Of a stretch of DNA of 64,000 nucleotides, positions 34,987 to 46,901 are shown one piece after another. A model generated the notes under the pieces. That model ran no database searches. It was not told the origin of the DNA and saw only the letters and a program-made list of their open reading frames with translations. How positions within the stretch are numbered: the stretch's first letter is position 1; each line of letters begins with the position of its first letter. The stretch comes from Patellaria atrata CBS 101060 (Eukaryota), in assembly GCA_010093705.1 (NCBI GenBank), contig MU006096.1:952004-1016003 (forward strand), read 5' to 3'. The translations under genes were made by a program, and so were the position numbers.

Positions 34987-36074
34987 AGTCACGGGAGCTG
35001 GATAGCTGCTACTGTCGTAGATGAAAGGATGGGGTTTGGAATGTGTAGATGTGATTGTGGTACTCGATGTGAGTGTCGTTTCGATACTGATGGAAGAGAT
35101 CTCGCTCCCTTTTATATTCGAAAATATACTCACTTGTAGCTAGAGCTGTGATACTAAAGTCTATGATTAGAAGCATCTCCTCTCCCGTAAGGCGCCCTAC
35201 TTGGTCACAGTTGGAGATTTTCGTCCAACTTTTTCAGTTAGGCCCTCATATGGCGTTCTCAATGAATTCAACCGTGTCGCTGAACCAATTCCTAATCCAA
35301 CGAAAACCATGTTGGAGGTCAACTTCTCGCTTTCATTATGTTAGATCAATCTATATGTGACTAACCAGGCCTAAACTAAGACGGTCCAGAGCAAGTATTG
35401 CTTGAAAATGGAAGGTAATTAGCTAAGATGAAGTTGCGGTGTTATTATATCGTCGGTATCGTATACAAAGAATAAGGCTGAGCGAACTTTGTATACGATT
35501 TCGCCAATCGAACTACCACCGCGCCGCGGAACTGGCACGCATCACCTACACGCCAAGGATATGGCTGAGCGGAGTTCCACGACATGAACACGCCGACAGT
35601 CGGTTCTCCACAGCTTATGGTACAAAAGTACGTCAGCTCAACTGCCGGCGATCCCGTCCTACCACATCGGTCCAAGGGGTCCAAAACGCTAATAATAACG
35701 TGCTGTGGAGAAACTGGGAGATTGGATGGGAGAGGATGGTACCTGGTAGGGCTGACGAGGTCGAGATAAAGCACTCAGGTACCTTATACGGAAGGATTGT
35801 CGCCCGAAAATATTGCGTCAGCTAACCGAGGGGGGTAACGGTCCACCAGTACCTAAGTCATCCTAGCACTCCACTATCTTCTAAGCTAGACCGACTACGA
35901 ATAAGCTAGCACCCCCTTAGGTTAGCACCCGCTACGCCCTCGGGTTCGACGGGACGCCCTCGCAACAACACCCCCTTGACCCATCAAAGGCATCTATCCA
36001 ACATCCTCACCTCAACCCAATAATTAATCTCCCCGAATAACTCACAACCCCAACTCCAACGCTCCCCACCAAAA

Positions 36075-36596
36075 ATGCGAATCACACCCGCACGGCCCTC
36101 CCTTCAGCACCTCCTAAGTCCCATCCTGCGACCCCTGCCCCGCCGCCTCATCTCCCTCTCCTCCTCATCACAATCCCAAAACCGCATCTACGACTCAATC
36201 CGGTACCCCAACGACCTCCACACCCTCCTCGCCCTGCACGCCTCCTTCCGGCGCTCCCTCCTAACCCTCTGGCTGCACACCCACGACACATCCTCTCTCC
36301 GCGCATCCTCTCTCCTGCGCTCCCTCCTCACTGACGGCGTGGGGGAAACACATGGTGGGGTTGGGTATGTGGAGGTGCAGCTGGATGCGCCCACGATAGA
36401 GGATCTAGGAGTGGTGTTTAGGATTAACGAGATCCCGACGCTGATGGCGTTTTCGAGGGGGGAGGCGCAATTTGGGTCGAGGGTTGAGACGTCTGGCAAG
36501 GGTGGGTTGGGGGATCGGGCGTTTTTGAGTGGATGGGTGGAGAGGGAGGCGGCGAGGAGGGGGGAGGGAGGTGGGGAGAAGGGGTGGTTAGGGTAG
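36075..36596 (+). CDS. Mitochondrial-targeted thioredoxin-fold-like protein lacking CxxC
   Basis: Arg/Ser/Leu-rich presequence; Trx-like VGYVEVQLDAP and FRINEIPTLMAF (cis-Pro loop). The protein has no Cys. Confidence 0.65.
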   Translation: MRITPARPSLQHLLSPILRPLPRRLISLSSSSQSQNRIYDSIRYPNDLHTLLALHASFRRSLLTLWLHTHDTSSLRASSLLRSLLTDGVGETHGGVGYVEVQLDAPTIEDLGVVFRINEIPTLMAFSRGEAQFGSRVETSGKGGLGDRAFLSGWVEREAARRGEGGGEKGWLG

Positions 36597-36947
36597 GGAG
36601 GTGTAAGGGGATGGACTATGGACGGACATGGCCCGCGCTTTGGTTATCCTGATTATGAGGTTCTGAGGTGAGTTGAGCGGCTTTCCGGGGCTATGTATTG
36701 GCCAGTGGATATCATGAAGGTAAATTATTTGAATCTTGTCTGCGAGATGCGCGACTGAGCAGCTCAATTCAGGAAATGGCAGCACTGACGAGCACGACCA
36801 TATCGCTACGCCTTCGAAAGATATGGATGTATAATGTTCATTCTGAATAATCAACAGCTTGAGACCGCTGCCCTCAACCACTCTTACCCACCGAGATAGA
36901 ACACCCCCTGAAAGCTTTTGGAACTCCGCAACATCTCGCCTAAAACT

Positions 36948-38662
36948 TTAATAACTTCTTCCAAACATGACCCATCTCTTCGCCAACTCCTTGCATTCGG
37001 GATTTGTGCACTTGGTCTTACCCTCCACGATTCCCTCTGGCTGTTCAAACGGAATACACAAGCTCTTCGCACCCATACTCGGAGCTCTGGCATCCTCAGC
37101 GAGCGAGTCACCCTCGTCCTTTCTCGCACTCATTTCCTTAATCTGATCTTCGCATGGTCCGCCTTCGCAATGGGGGATCAGACATACGTTCTTGGCGTTG
37201 AGAGCTGGCACGAAGTCTTTCCAATCTGTAATGAGCTTGCGGTGCTCGCGGAACTCCTTGTCTGCTTTGTTGAAGAGATCGGATTGAATCGTGTCAAGGA
37301 GGGCCTTGGTTTGCGCTGCAAGATCTGAGATGGGGATAGTGCTCTTACCTTCTTGGTCGCGGCGAGAGGTAGTAACGACGTGGTTTGCAGAGTCCTTGGG
37401 ACCGAACTCTAGGCGAAGTGGGACACCCTTGAGTTCCCAGTCATTGAACTTCCAACCGGGGGAGTAGCCTTCGCGGAAGTCCACCTTGACGCGGATTCCA
37501 GCTTCCTTTAGAACCTCGCCTAAGGCTGTCGCTTCCTTGTATAGTTTATCCCTGTCTTCGTCGCCTGTCTTTGCAGTGATGCCAACTGGAACAATAGCAA
37601 CTTGGATTTTAGCAACACGTGGTGGAAGGACGAGACCTTTGTTATCACTGTGGGTTAGCACCATGACTCCAATTGAGCGAGTAGTGAAGCCCCAGGAATT
37701 TTGCCAGACATTTACAGGGGGTTTTTTGACACCTTCCTTGGAAGAGGGATCTTCGACAGTGATGTCGAACATTTTGCTGAAATGCTGGCCGAGACAGTGC
37801 GAGGTCCCACCCTGAATACCTCTCCCAGTAGCGGGAATAAAACCTTCAACTGTAGTGGTATAGTGCGCGCCTGGAAATTGTTCGTTCTTGGTTTTCATAC
37901 CCTTAACTACGGGAACTGCGAGGAGCTCCTCGTAGATGGCTGCATAAAAGTCCAAGATCTGTCTCACTTCTATGCCTGCTTCCTCCTCTGTGAAATGTGC
38001 AGTGTGCCCTTCCTGCCATAGAAACTCGCGGGACCTGATGAAGGGCATTGGATGTTTGAATTCCCACCGTACCACGTTGTTCCATTGATTGAGTTTGAGG
38101 GGAAGGTCTCTATGACTCTGAATCTTCTCTCTGAAGTAGTTGTACATGGCAGTTTCAGAGGTGGGACGGATTGCTACAGGCTGCGCGAGATCGCTTGTAC
38201 CACTGGGAAAATTAGCATAATGTTCTGATGTACTACTCCAATGATGTACCCTTTCGTCACCCAGGCGACCTCAGCAGCAAAGCCCTCAACGTGCTCTTTT
38301 TCCCTTTGCAAATTGTCCGCAGAGATAAATATAGGGAAATATGAATTATCCACACCCAAGCTATGAATCCTCTCGTTAAAGAAAGCCTGGATCCTCTCCC
38401 ATATGGAATAACTTGGGGGAAGGAGAATATAACATCCTGCTACATCGTAGTAGGCCAACATTTCGGCCTTAGTGAGGACCTGTTGATACCATTCTGCCAA
38501 ATTATCTTCCTTCGCAACATCGATACCAATCAAAGCTGCGCCTTCTATCTTCTTCTTCTGTGGAGCTTTGGGTTTCTGTTCTGGCTTCTCTTTCTTCTCC
38601 TTCTTGGGCTTGGGCTCCTTCTTGCGCTCTGGGATAATGGCTTCAGGCTGTTCTGAGGCCAT
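36948..38662 (-). CDS. Cytosolic prolyl-tRNA synthetase, eukaryote/archaeal type (2 exons)
   Basis: EKEHVEGFAAEVAWVT, AIRPTSETAMY, VVRWEFKHPMPFIRSREFLWQEGHTAH, IQGGTSHCLGQ and C-terminal FGRSY. Confidence 0.96.
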
Positions 38663-38816
38663 ATTGCAGAATTCGCAGGGAGCTAATTTGAATATATTTG
38701 ATCAGAAAGAAGCGGGCACAATCTGATCTTTATGAGGCCTCAGAAATTGAGTGAGAAGAATCCGTATGCTCTATCTGATTGCGTGAATTGTGGATTGTGT
38801 ACCCCTCGGGCGGGGC

Positions 38817-38823
38817 TGACTCA
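38817..38823. promoter_or_regulatory. Perfect Gcn4/CpcA (cross-pathway control) site TGACTCA in the ProRS-CCT1 divergent promoter
   Basis: Exact consensus about 155 bp upstream of the ProRS ATG. Aminoacyl-tRNA synthetases are established CPC-1/Gcn4 targets. Confidence 0.55.
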
Positions 38824-38957
38824 ATTTCAGTGGCCCCTGCACAGAGCTTCAGTCAATACGGAAGCCTAACCGCCGCTTCGCGCAACAACTTCGAGATTTT
38901 GCTTTCGCGTTAACATAGTAATATCAAAAGATCATAGACCTTTTAGAAATCAACAAT

Positions 38958-40805
38958 ATGGCAGGAATATTCGAGCAACCGAGAAATGCTGGAACCTTGT
39001 GTAAGTCTGAATCTCTATAGACCTAAGAATCCCTTTCTGATCATATTTAAACAGTCCTCGGCGGGCAGAAAATCAGCGGGCAAGATATACGAGACCAAAA
39101 TGTGTTAGCTACTCAGGCAATCTCAAATGTAGTAAAAAGCTCATTTGGCCCTTCGGGGTTGGACAAGATGATGGTGGACGATATTGGAGATGTGACTGTA
39201 ACTAACGACGGCGCAACTATCCTCAGTCTTCTCGACGTCGAGCATCCAGCAGGCAAAATATTGGTGGACCTAGCCCAGCAGCAGGATAGAGAAGTTGGTG
39301 ATGGAACCACATCAGTTGTCTTGATTGCCGCAGAGCTATTGAGACGAGCCAACGAGCTCACGAAGAACAGAATACATCCCACCACCATTATAACAGGTTA
39401 CAGGCTTGCGTTAAGGGAGGCTGTGAGGTACATGAACGAGAATATCGCTACAAAGGTTGACAATTTGGGGAGAGAGAGCTTGGTTAGCATTGCAAAGACT
39501 TCTATGTCAAGCAAGATCATCGGTGGGGACTCGGATTTCTTCGCAAACATGTGCGTTGATGCTATGCAAGCAGTGAAGACAGTGAATAATAAGAACGAGG
39601 TCAAATATCCGGTAAAGGCGGTCAATATACTCAAAGCTCACGGTCAGAGTGCTACAGAATCGATTCTGGTCAAAGGCTATGCTCTCAACTGCACAGTTGC
39701 CTCACAAGCCATGAAAACCAGGATAACTGATGCTAAAATTGCGTGTCTGGACATCAACCTGCAAAAAGAGCGTATGAAGTTGGGCGTACAAATTACAGTG
39801 GATGACCCGCAACAGTTGGAGAAGATCCGGGAACGAGAGGCCGGAATCGTCCTCGAACGTGTTGAGATGATTCTAAAAGCCGGTGCCAACGTTGTCCTCA
39901 CCACGAAAGGTATCGACGACCTATGCTTAAAACAATTTATTGAAAAAGGGGCGATGGCAGTTAGAAGGTGTAAAAAGGAGGATCTGCGAAGAATAGCAAA
40001 AGCAACCGGGGCAACACTTGTTAGTACCCTATCCGACCTAAACGGCGACGAAAAGTTCGAACCATCACTTTTAGGTCATGCGGAAGAGGTAGTACAAGAG
40101 CGAATCTCAGATGATGAGTGTATCTTAGTCAAAGGCACTAAGGTCCACTCTTCGGCGTCAATCATTCTACGAGGAGCCAACGACTACTCGCTAGATGAGA
40201 TGGAACGTTCTGTACATGATTCTCTCTCGGCTATCAAGCGAACTCTCGAAAGTGGTAGAATAGTTCCGGGTGGTGGAGCTGTGGAGACAGCGCTGCACAT
40301 ATATCTCGAGGAGTGGGCAACCTCTGTCGTGAGTTGCAGTGAAGTCTTTCCGGTGCTGCATGATTCTAACAATATATAGGGCTCCCGTGAGCAGCTCGCT
40401 ATCGGCGAATTCGCTGCTGCTCTCCTCGTCATCCCCAAAACTCTTGCAATAAACGCCGCAGTCGACGCCGCAGAGCTCGTTGCACAACTCCGATCACGTC
40501 ATGCTCTATCACAACGGACAGCCGACCAACCTCCCCAAGCTGCCCATGGTGCCAAGGTTCCTCCACCATCCACAGAAGACGAGAAGGCGTTGGCGAGGAA
40601 GAAGAACTATAAGAATTACGGCTTGGATCTAACGAAAGGTAAGGTCCATGATGAGATCAAAGCTGGCGTTTTGGAGCCGAGCATGAGCAAGGTCAAACAG
40701 TTGAAGAGTGCGGTAGAAGCTTGTATCGCTATTATGAGGATCGATACTTTGATCAAGCTGGATCCGGAGCAGAGAGGTGGTGAAGATGATGGACATGGAC
40801 ATTGA
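38958..40805 (+). CDS. CCT1: Chaperonin CCT/TRiC alpha subunit (3 exons)
   Basis: [47 protein letters not shown]. Introns 39001-39053 and 40329-40379. Confidence 0.96.
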
Positions 40806-41270
40806 TGATGTTATGTATCTCCGAGAAGACTCAATTTCTGTTCCAAAAAGACATAGACTCCATTGCATGGTAAATCAGCGTTCAAGGGTCAATCAAAATA
40901 ATATTCGAAGTCGAACAATTTTTATGTCGAGAAATTTGAATTACCGCATTTGAACAGTTTGCCATCCCATCCAGGTCTTTCAGTATATGCCGTTAAAGAA
41001 GAAAACAGAGTGTGGAATCAACCTGATAATCGTTTGGTTGATATTGAGACCATAAATAATAGTCGGAGCGGAAGAACCTTGTTCCATTTGCAGAATTATC
41101 ATATGGCCGGGATGTTCAGATAAAGGTAGCTGCGTCACCTCACAGCCACGGGACCTGTTCCTACCAACTATTCCTCCCTTGAGCCTCCACATCTCTATAA
41201 ATCAATCCTCTACCTCTCATACACATTATCGTAAACTTCAACAAGCACAACAAACTAACGAACCGTCAAC

Positions 41271-41934
41271 ATGTGTGGCTCCGACATCTTCCTCATCTGC
41301 CTCGCAGTCCTCTTCCCACCCGTAGGAGGTAAGTCTCAGGCAACACCCTAACCCTCCACACCCCCAGCTAACAAAACCCCCCAGTCTGGGTCAAACGTGG
41401 TATCTGCAGCGCCGACTCCCTCATCAACCTCGCACTCTGGTAAGACCACCATCCCCCATCCATCTCCCCGGGTACCCCCAACATCGATCCCCATCAAAGC
41501 TAACACCCCCCAACAGCTGTCTAGGCTACTTCCCGGGTCTCCTCCACGCCTGGTACATCATCTATACTTATCCAGACGCCTGGGACTACGAGCCTGTCGA
41601 CCGCGAGGCCGAGGGCACCGTCACGTACTACTACGTACAGCAAGGTGGACCCCCGCGAAGAGCCCAGATGACTGTGCCTGGACAGCAGAAGCCGCAACAA
41701 TCATCCCAGCATCAGCAGCAGCAGGGCCCGCAGAATTATGGGACCGTTGGCTCGAGTGCGCAGGGTCAGCGGAGTGAGGGTTCGCAGGGACAGCAGTCGG
41801 GCCCGGTGAATAAGGGGAATTCGTCCGCTGAGGGACAGAGGGACGGCGGAGAGGGAAGTGCCGGGCAGACGGCGCCGCCGCCGAGTTATGCGGATGTTAT
41901 TAAGGGGGATCATAAGGTTCAATCGAGTGATTAG
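41271..41934 (+). CDS. Pmp3/UPF0057 (SNA/RCI) proteolipid with a long C-terminal tail and PPSY motif (3 exons)
   Basis: Spliced: MCGSDIFLICLAVLFPPVGVWVKRGICSADSLINLALCCLGYFPGLLHAWYII...APPPSYADVIKGDHKVQSSD. Confidence 0.85.
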
Positions 41935-42181
41935 ACGTCTGGGGTGGTATCGGAATGGTGCTTTGCAGCTGGGAAAGATGAAGTTTCGTTTTGGTACTTG
42001 GTCAGGTGAGGTTATTCCGCACGTCAATGTCGTAGGTGGAGTAGTGTTATTAAGGAGGTTTTACAATTATGATTTCGGTTACAGGAGTGCTATAAACTAC
42101 AAATACAAAGTCTAATCCCCAATCCAATGACTTTTTGTCCCTTTTACTTCACCATCCACAACACTAGTGACATCAGACCGC

Positions 42182-43167
42182 CTATTGCCTCTGAAACGTG
42201 ACCCTGATAGCTTGTCCACTCAACACCATTCCCGCACACCCCTCCTTCGCACTAATCGCTCCACTCTCCGCCTCGTACTCGACGAACGCCAACCCTTTCC
42301 GTCCCGGCACCTGCCTGACCTCTCTGAATCCTTCGAAGCGCGCGAATATGGCGGACAGAGCCTCGACATCGTAATCCTCGGGTACGTTTTGTACGAAGAG
42401 GATCTTGTTCGGCGGGAGGTATTCGTCTGGGACGACGGGCGCCGAGGGCGCAGTTGCCTTGAGCCCAGCGCCGCGGGTTGTCTTCGCAGGACGAGCGAGG
42501 GAGGGATCGGTAGGAGGGGGGCGTTTCAGACTCGCGGCTTGCTGTTGCGCTTCCAACGCTTGTTTCCGTTCTGCGGAGTTGAGAGTATATTAGCTCGCTG
42601 TCATGTATCGTATATCGGACACGATGAGGGGATGGACGAAGAGACAACCAAGGTTCCTCCACCACCATAACAGAAAAGCATCATGTAGAGAAAGTGATAG
42701 AAATCGCAAACTCACCCTTCTCCGCCAACCTAGCCCTCTTGTGTTTCTCGAAGGCTTCGTCGTCCCCTTCTCTTAAGACCGTCGCGTCGCTTTTCGTGCG
42801 CGCGTACTCGACCTTCATCGCCTTGTCGAAGAGCTCGAACCCCTGTGTTTCCTCCATCGCGCGTGCCGCTTCCTCCCGTGTCTCGTACACGATGAACGCC
42901 TGGCCCTTCCGCTTCAGGCTCTTCTTGGCCACGATATCGATGACGGTGCCGAAGGCGCCGAAGAGCGCGGATAAAGCTTCGGTTAGGGGTTCGAGCTTTA
43001 TTTTCTCTTCGAGGTTGTGGACCTAGGGGTGTTAGACTGCGGGGATGTGGTTTAGACATGGGAGAGAGCTACATAGAGACTACAAAAAATTGTTAGAAAG
43101 CTAGGTTGAGAGGGACAGTTGGGGGACGGAAAACGAACGTATTGTTGGGTATAGCCGCTGCCGCCAT
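42182..43167 (-). CDS. U1A/U2B''-family snRNP protein with two RRMs, most U1A-like (4 exons including a 7-nt micro-exon)
   Basis: MAAAAIPNNT-LY-VHNLEEKIK...VIDIVAKKSLKRKGQAFIVY...YARTKSD; C-terminal RRM YLPPNKILFVQNVP...GLAFVEY. Confidence 0.88.
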
Positions 43168-43653
43168 CTTAGCCTTTTCAAAACCGTCTTCTGATAGTTG
43201 ATGGTCTACTATGCCCGATAATTGTTCTCGCGAGTATATTTTTCGAGGCCGTGGGGATTCAAGCGGTGGTTGTGATATGGCGACTACGGCGGGCTCGGTG
43301 CTCATGTCGGTAGAAATCGGTTCGTCGCTCCGCACTAGCTCCCCTCCCGAACGCCAAGGCCGATCGCTCTCCTCTACAAGCGGCGCGTTGACACATGATT
43401 CCGCGACGGTTCCCCAGAAACTCATAGGAAACAGTGTACTTTGTAATATGACACTAGGATAAAGTGGTTGTGAATTGAGTTTCTTGCTCTAATGAAATGT
43501 CTTGAAGAGCTTAAGGTACCTGGAAGTAACATCATATTGAAATTATATTCTGGCAAGTCCTTTCAGCATATTGCACCTTCTACACACTGGAGCATGCCTC
43601 GTAACTTGAGGTAAGGATGAGGGGATATCATATAAGGTAATATACTATAATAT

Positions 43654-45707
43654 CTACAATAGGTATACAAATGGCTTCTGTCTTCTAACAGTGTCCCTCC
43701 CATCCATCAATGGCTCATCTACCTCCGTCATCTCAATTTCCCCATTCTCAAACCTATTTACATTCGCTTCATTCTCCCACCTCAGTTTCAGTCGCAGCAT
43801 CACTGCTAAGAATGCGACGAATAGCATAAATGCTGAACAAATCGCCATCCCCTTAATATAATATGGCTTATCCTCCTTCGGATAGAGTCGGGTCCCGAGC
43901 AATGGACCGCACTGACCAATTACATTCATCATGGCGATACCTGTCCCTTTTTTCGAGTCGGAATCCTGGTTATTCAATGTCCAAGTGATAATGATGGTGA
44001 TTGCGGAAAAGAATCCCGCAGCGGCAGGGTAGACGGCTAGATAACGCCAGATATTGCTCCATGCGAATTTGCCGGCGAGCGCCATTGTAGCATAGCCAGA
44101 TGCAGCAAGTAACACGTGGATGATGATGAAGAAGCTCCGGTTTTGCATACGGTCTGATGCGTAAGCGGTAAACAGAACCACCAGGAAGGAGAATAGGTAA
44201 GGAGGGGCGGACAGAGCTTGGGAGGTTACTGCTGTGTATCCCATACTATATACTACAGTTAGACAAATTCTCTGCAGAAAGTCTTTGGAACATACTCCTT
44301 GATGATAGTCGGAAGGAAAACGGGTAGAGAACTAAATGCCACATTACAAGAAAAGAACATCATCTATGGCTAATGTTAGTCCTATCTCCATACGTAAATA
44401 ATGTAACATACCGCAGTTACATAACATTTCGGATCCGCAAGCGTCTGCAGTATCTCGCTGAAGTCGAGTCTTCGGTTCTTGTTACCTCTATCCCCTTTCT
44501 CATCGATTACGGGCTGCTCTTTTTTATCCTGTACGGTCTCATTACGCAGCCTCAACGCTGCGACTTTCCTTTCTCTCTTACTCAGAAACTTTGCAGTGCC
44601 CGGACTGTCCGGAATAAAAGACCAGGCAAACACCGCGACCAGGACGCTCGGGAATCCTTCCACGAGGAATAACAAACGCCATGGGGCGATTGGCCCGCCC
44701 TCCCCAAGTTTTACAATCGCGTACGCAAGCCCACTGGCAAAAGATGTAGCCAAAGGAGCTGCTGAGATGAATAGTCCTGTACGGAGGGCGAGTTCATTTC
44801 GGCGGAAGAAGAAAGAGAGATAAAACGGCACACCTGGCCCGAATGCAGCCTCACCAATTCCTAAGAAAGCTCTTAAAATAAGTAGTGATCCAAACGACGT
44901 ACATACGGATTGAAGAGATGCGAGGATTCCCCAAGATAGTATGCAAAGTGAAATATAAATATGTGGAGGGATTATACGGTATCTTGTACAATCAGTACGG
45001 GATAATATGTGTAACCGGGGGATATACGAGTACATACAATAGAGTCATCCATTCAAATAAAATGTACGTGATATAGAAAGCTGTGAGTAGCCACTCATAT
45101 TGGCCTCCATGCAGACCGAGATCCCGCTCGAGTCCCGCAATCCGTGCGTTCCCAATATCTATCAGTACATTAGTTAGCTACAAATTTAAGCAACTCATAA
45201 CATCTCCCTCCGTATACACAGTGGCCTGCTCCCAATTTATCTTCCTACCATAATTTCAAATCCCGGCACAATTGCTCGGGAGTGCGTCCAAATGCTCTCA
45301 TAGAGCACCGATATGCACTTACGCCATACAGCCGTGTCTCACTTCCCATAATCCCTACGAAGCGCAAACACTTCCAACAAAACGCAAAAGCAATACCTAC
45401 TCGACCGGTCCAGAAAGCTCAACAAATACAATCCCGCCAAAAACGCCACTAGCTTCCTGTCTAACTTCTTCCTCACCACTCTCTCCTCGTCCGGGGTATA
45501 TAGTTCGAAACTCTGCGTGCTCGCTCTTCTCTTCCCGTTCCGGACGAACTGCTCCTCTTCATCTGTACCATCGTCGACGTCGGAGTCATTGGCTACGCTG
45601 GGAGAGGAGGAGGATGGTGTTAAGCGGGCGAAGGTGGGCGAGTCGGAAGGGGTGGAGTGGGAGGGACTGGAAAGGGTGGACGGTGGAGGGCGAAAGAGAG
45701 ACGCCAT
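43654..45707 (-). CDS. MFS permease, anion:cation symporter/Dal5-Tna1 family (multi-exon)
   Basis: VRKKLDRKLV..LYLLSFLDRS-NIGNARIAG, RAFLGIGEAAFGPG, APWRLLFLVEG, PDSPGTAKFL, AQALSAPPY-like motif. Confidence 0.9.
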
Positions 45708-46415
45708 TAGGGTGGTGATGTGCTACGATTCAGTGATGCATTGTGATGAGCTGAGTTATCGAGCAAAACGGTGGTTGTATAGAGGTGGAGAGGTGAGCAA
45801 AGCTATGGGGTTTAATGAGGAAGTGCTGGGATGTGGCGCTTGACATGGGAGGGCTTGTATCAACGTCAGCCGAGTTTCCTGCAAGGTACTGTACTTGTAC
45901 AATCAAGTACTCCTATATGATTTTATGTTCATCTAAAGACATCAAGAAAATATAAGCAAGACGGGTGTGTAGAAGGTAATTCAATGTTTTGAACTTCTAA
46001 TGAGTGACCATGTAGTTCTATATGGAGACAGCTGCATAGAAACATCAGTTCGATATCCACTTAGAATAGCGACGGTATGGCGTACAACGAGTGTTTAGGT
46101 CACAAGGTTCAGGCATATCGAGCTCCAGAGGGATAACTTGAACATGAGAATAGAGTATTCGAAATCCCAATCAGCGCGTACAGGTTCACTTCGTAGAGCG
46201 CATGCCAAACTCTCCCGTTCAAAACAAAGCGATATACTACCAACTCTGTAACCAGACTCTGGGATTTAAGGTAAGAGTTCAGACATATCCGCAATTCATA
46301 TGAAAAATTAAAGCGTAACAGATCTGTCCGAAGTTGATTTAGCGGTGGACAAAAGACTACTTCTGCCAGACTCCTCTCCGCAATAAAGGGGTTTAAAAAG
46401 TGAAAAAAAGAATTG

Positions 46416-46576
46416 AAAAAAATGGCAAAAAGAACACTCTCCTTCGAGAGTTAAGTGAACCACTTTGTGATTTAAACTTGAGCGATATTCCAATATTAAG
46501 CCATGTGCAGGGCTCGAACCGAGGGGGTTTGGGGGGATACGTACCTGAAAGAGCCCTAACTGCACCATGGCGGAAT
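46416..46576 (-). ncRNA. Candidate RNA polymerase III transcript (~150-160 nt) with a tRNA-like internal promoter; identity unknown
   Basis: TATAAA at 46605-46600; A box TGGTGCAGTTAGG at 46567-46555; B box GGTTCGAGCCC at 46520-46510; T5 at 46431-46427 and T7 at 46422-46416; several hairpins. Confidence 0.6.
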
Positions 46577-46901
46577 GAAAAGTACGGCATTTGAAATAGT
46601 TTATAACGTCAGTCCCTCAATCTCGGATTAGGAGGAGGAAAGTTACGTGGAAACCAAAGACGGGAGACCCATCCGTTTGCACAGCACGCAGTCTTCTGTA
46701 TAAAATTATGCCCCTCATTCATGAGCGTTCTACAACAAATCATACAGTGGCTTAGGTGGTGCAAGACAAAAGTAATTGTAAGTCTCATCGAGGGCTCCCA
46801 TACTAGATTTCATATTAATCCAGTGTCATAATGATGAGCAAGAGAGTACGAGAATTTGATTGCATATATACCTATTTGGCTATCTGGAGTATTATACACT
46901 C

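Noticed and set aside
35439..35825. Possible enzyme fragment
   Set aside because: Coding-like, but no motif I can assign with confidence.
23250..36000. Transposable element call
   Set aside because: No DDE, RT, integrase or gag motifs, LTRs or TIRs were recognised by eye; heavily decayed relics cannot be excluded.
42571..42715. Intronic snoRNA in the 145-nt intron of the U1A-like gene
   Set aside because: Only an imperfect C-box-like ATGATGC; no CTGA D box or terminal stem found.
46500..46571. Calling the A/B-box element a functional tRNA
   Set aside because: The T-stem and anticodon stem cannot pair and the A box is out of register with the apparent acceptor stem.
46416..46640. U6, U5, U3, SRP, RNase P/MRP or telomerase RNA identity
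   Set aside because: No ACAGAGA box, U5 loop GCCTTTTAC, C/D boxes or SRP helix-8 motif; too short for SRP or P/MRP; TTAGGG is in the non-template sense.
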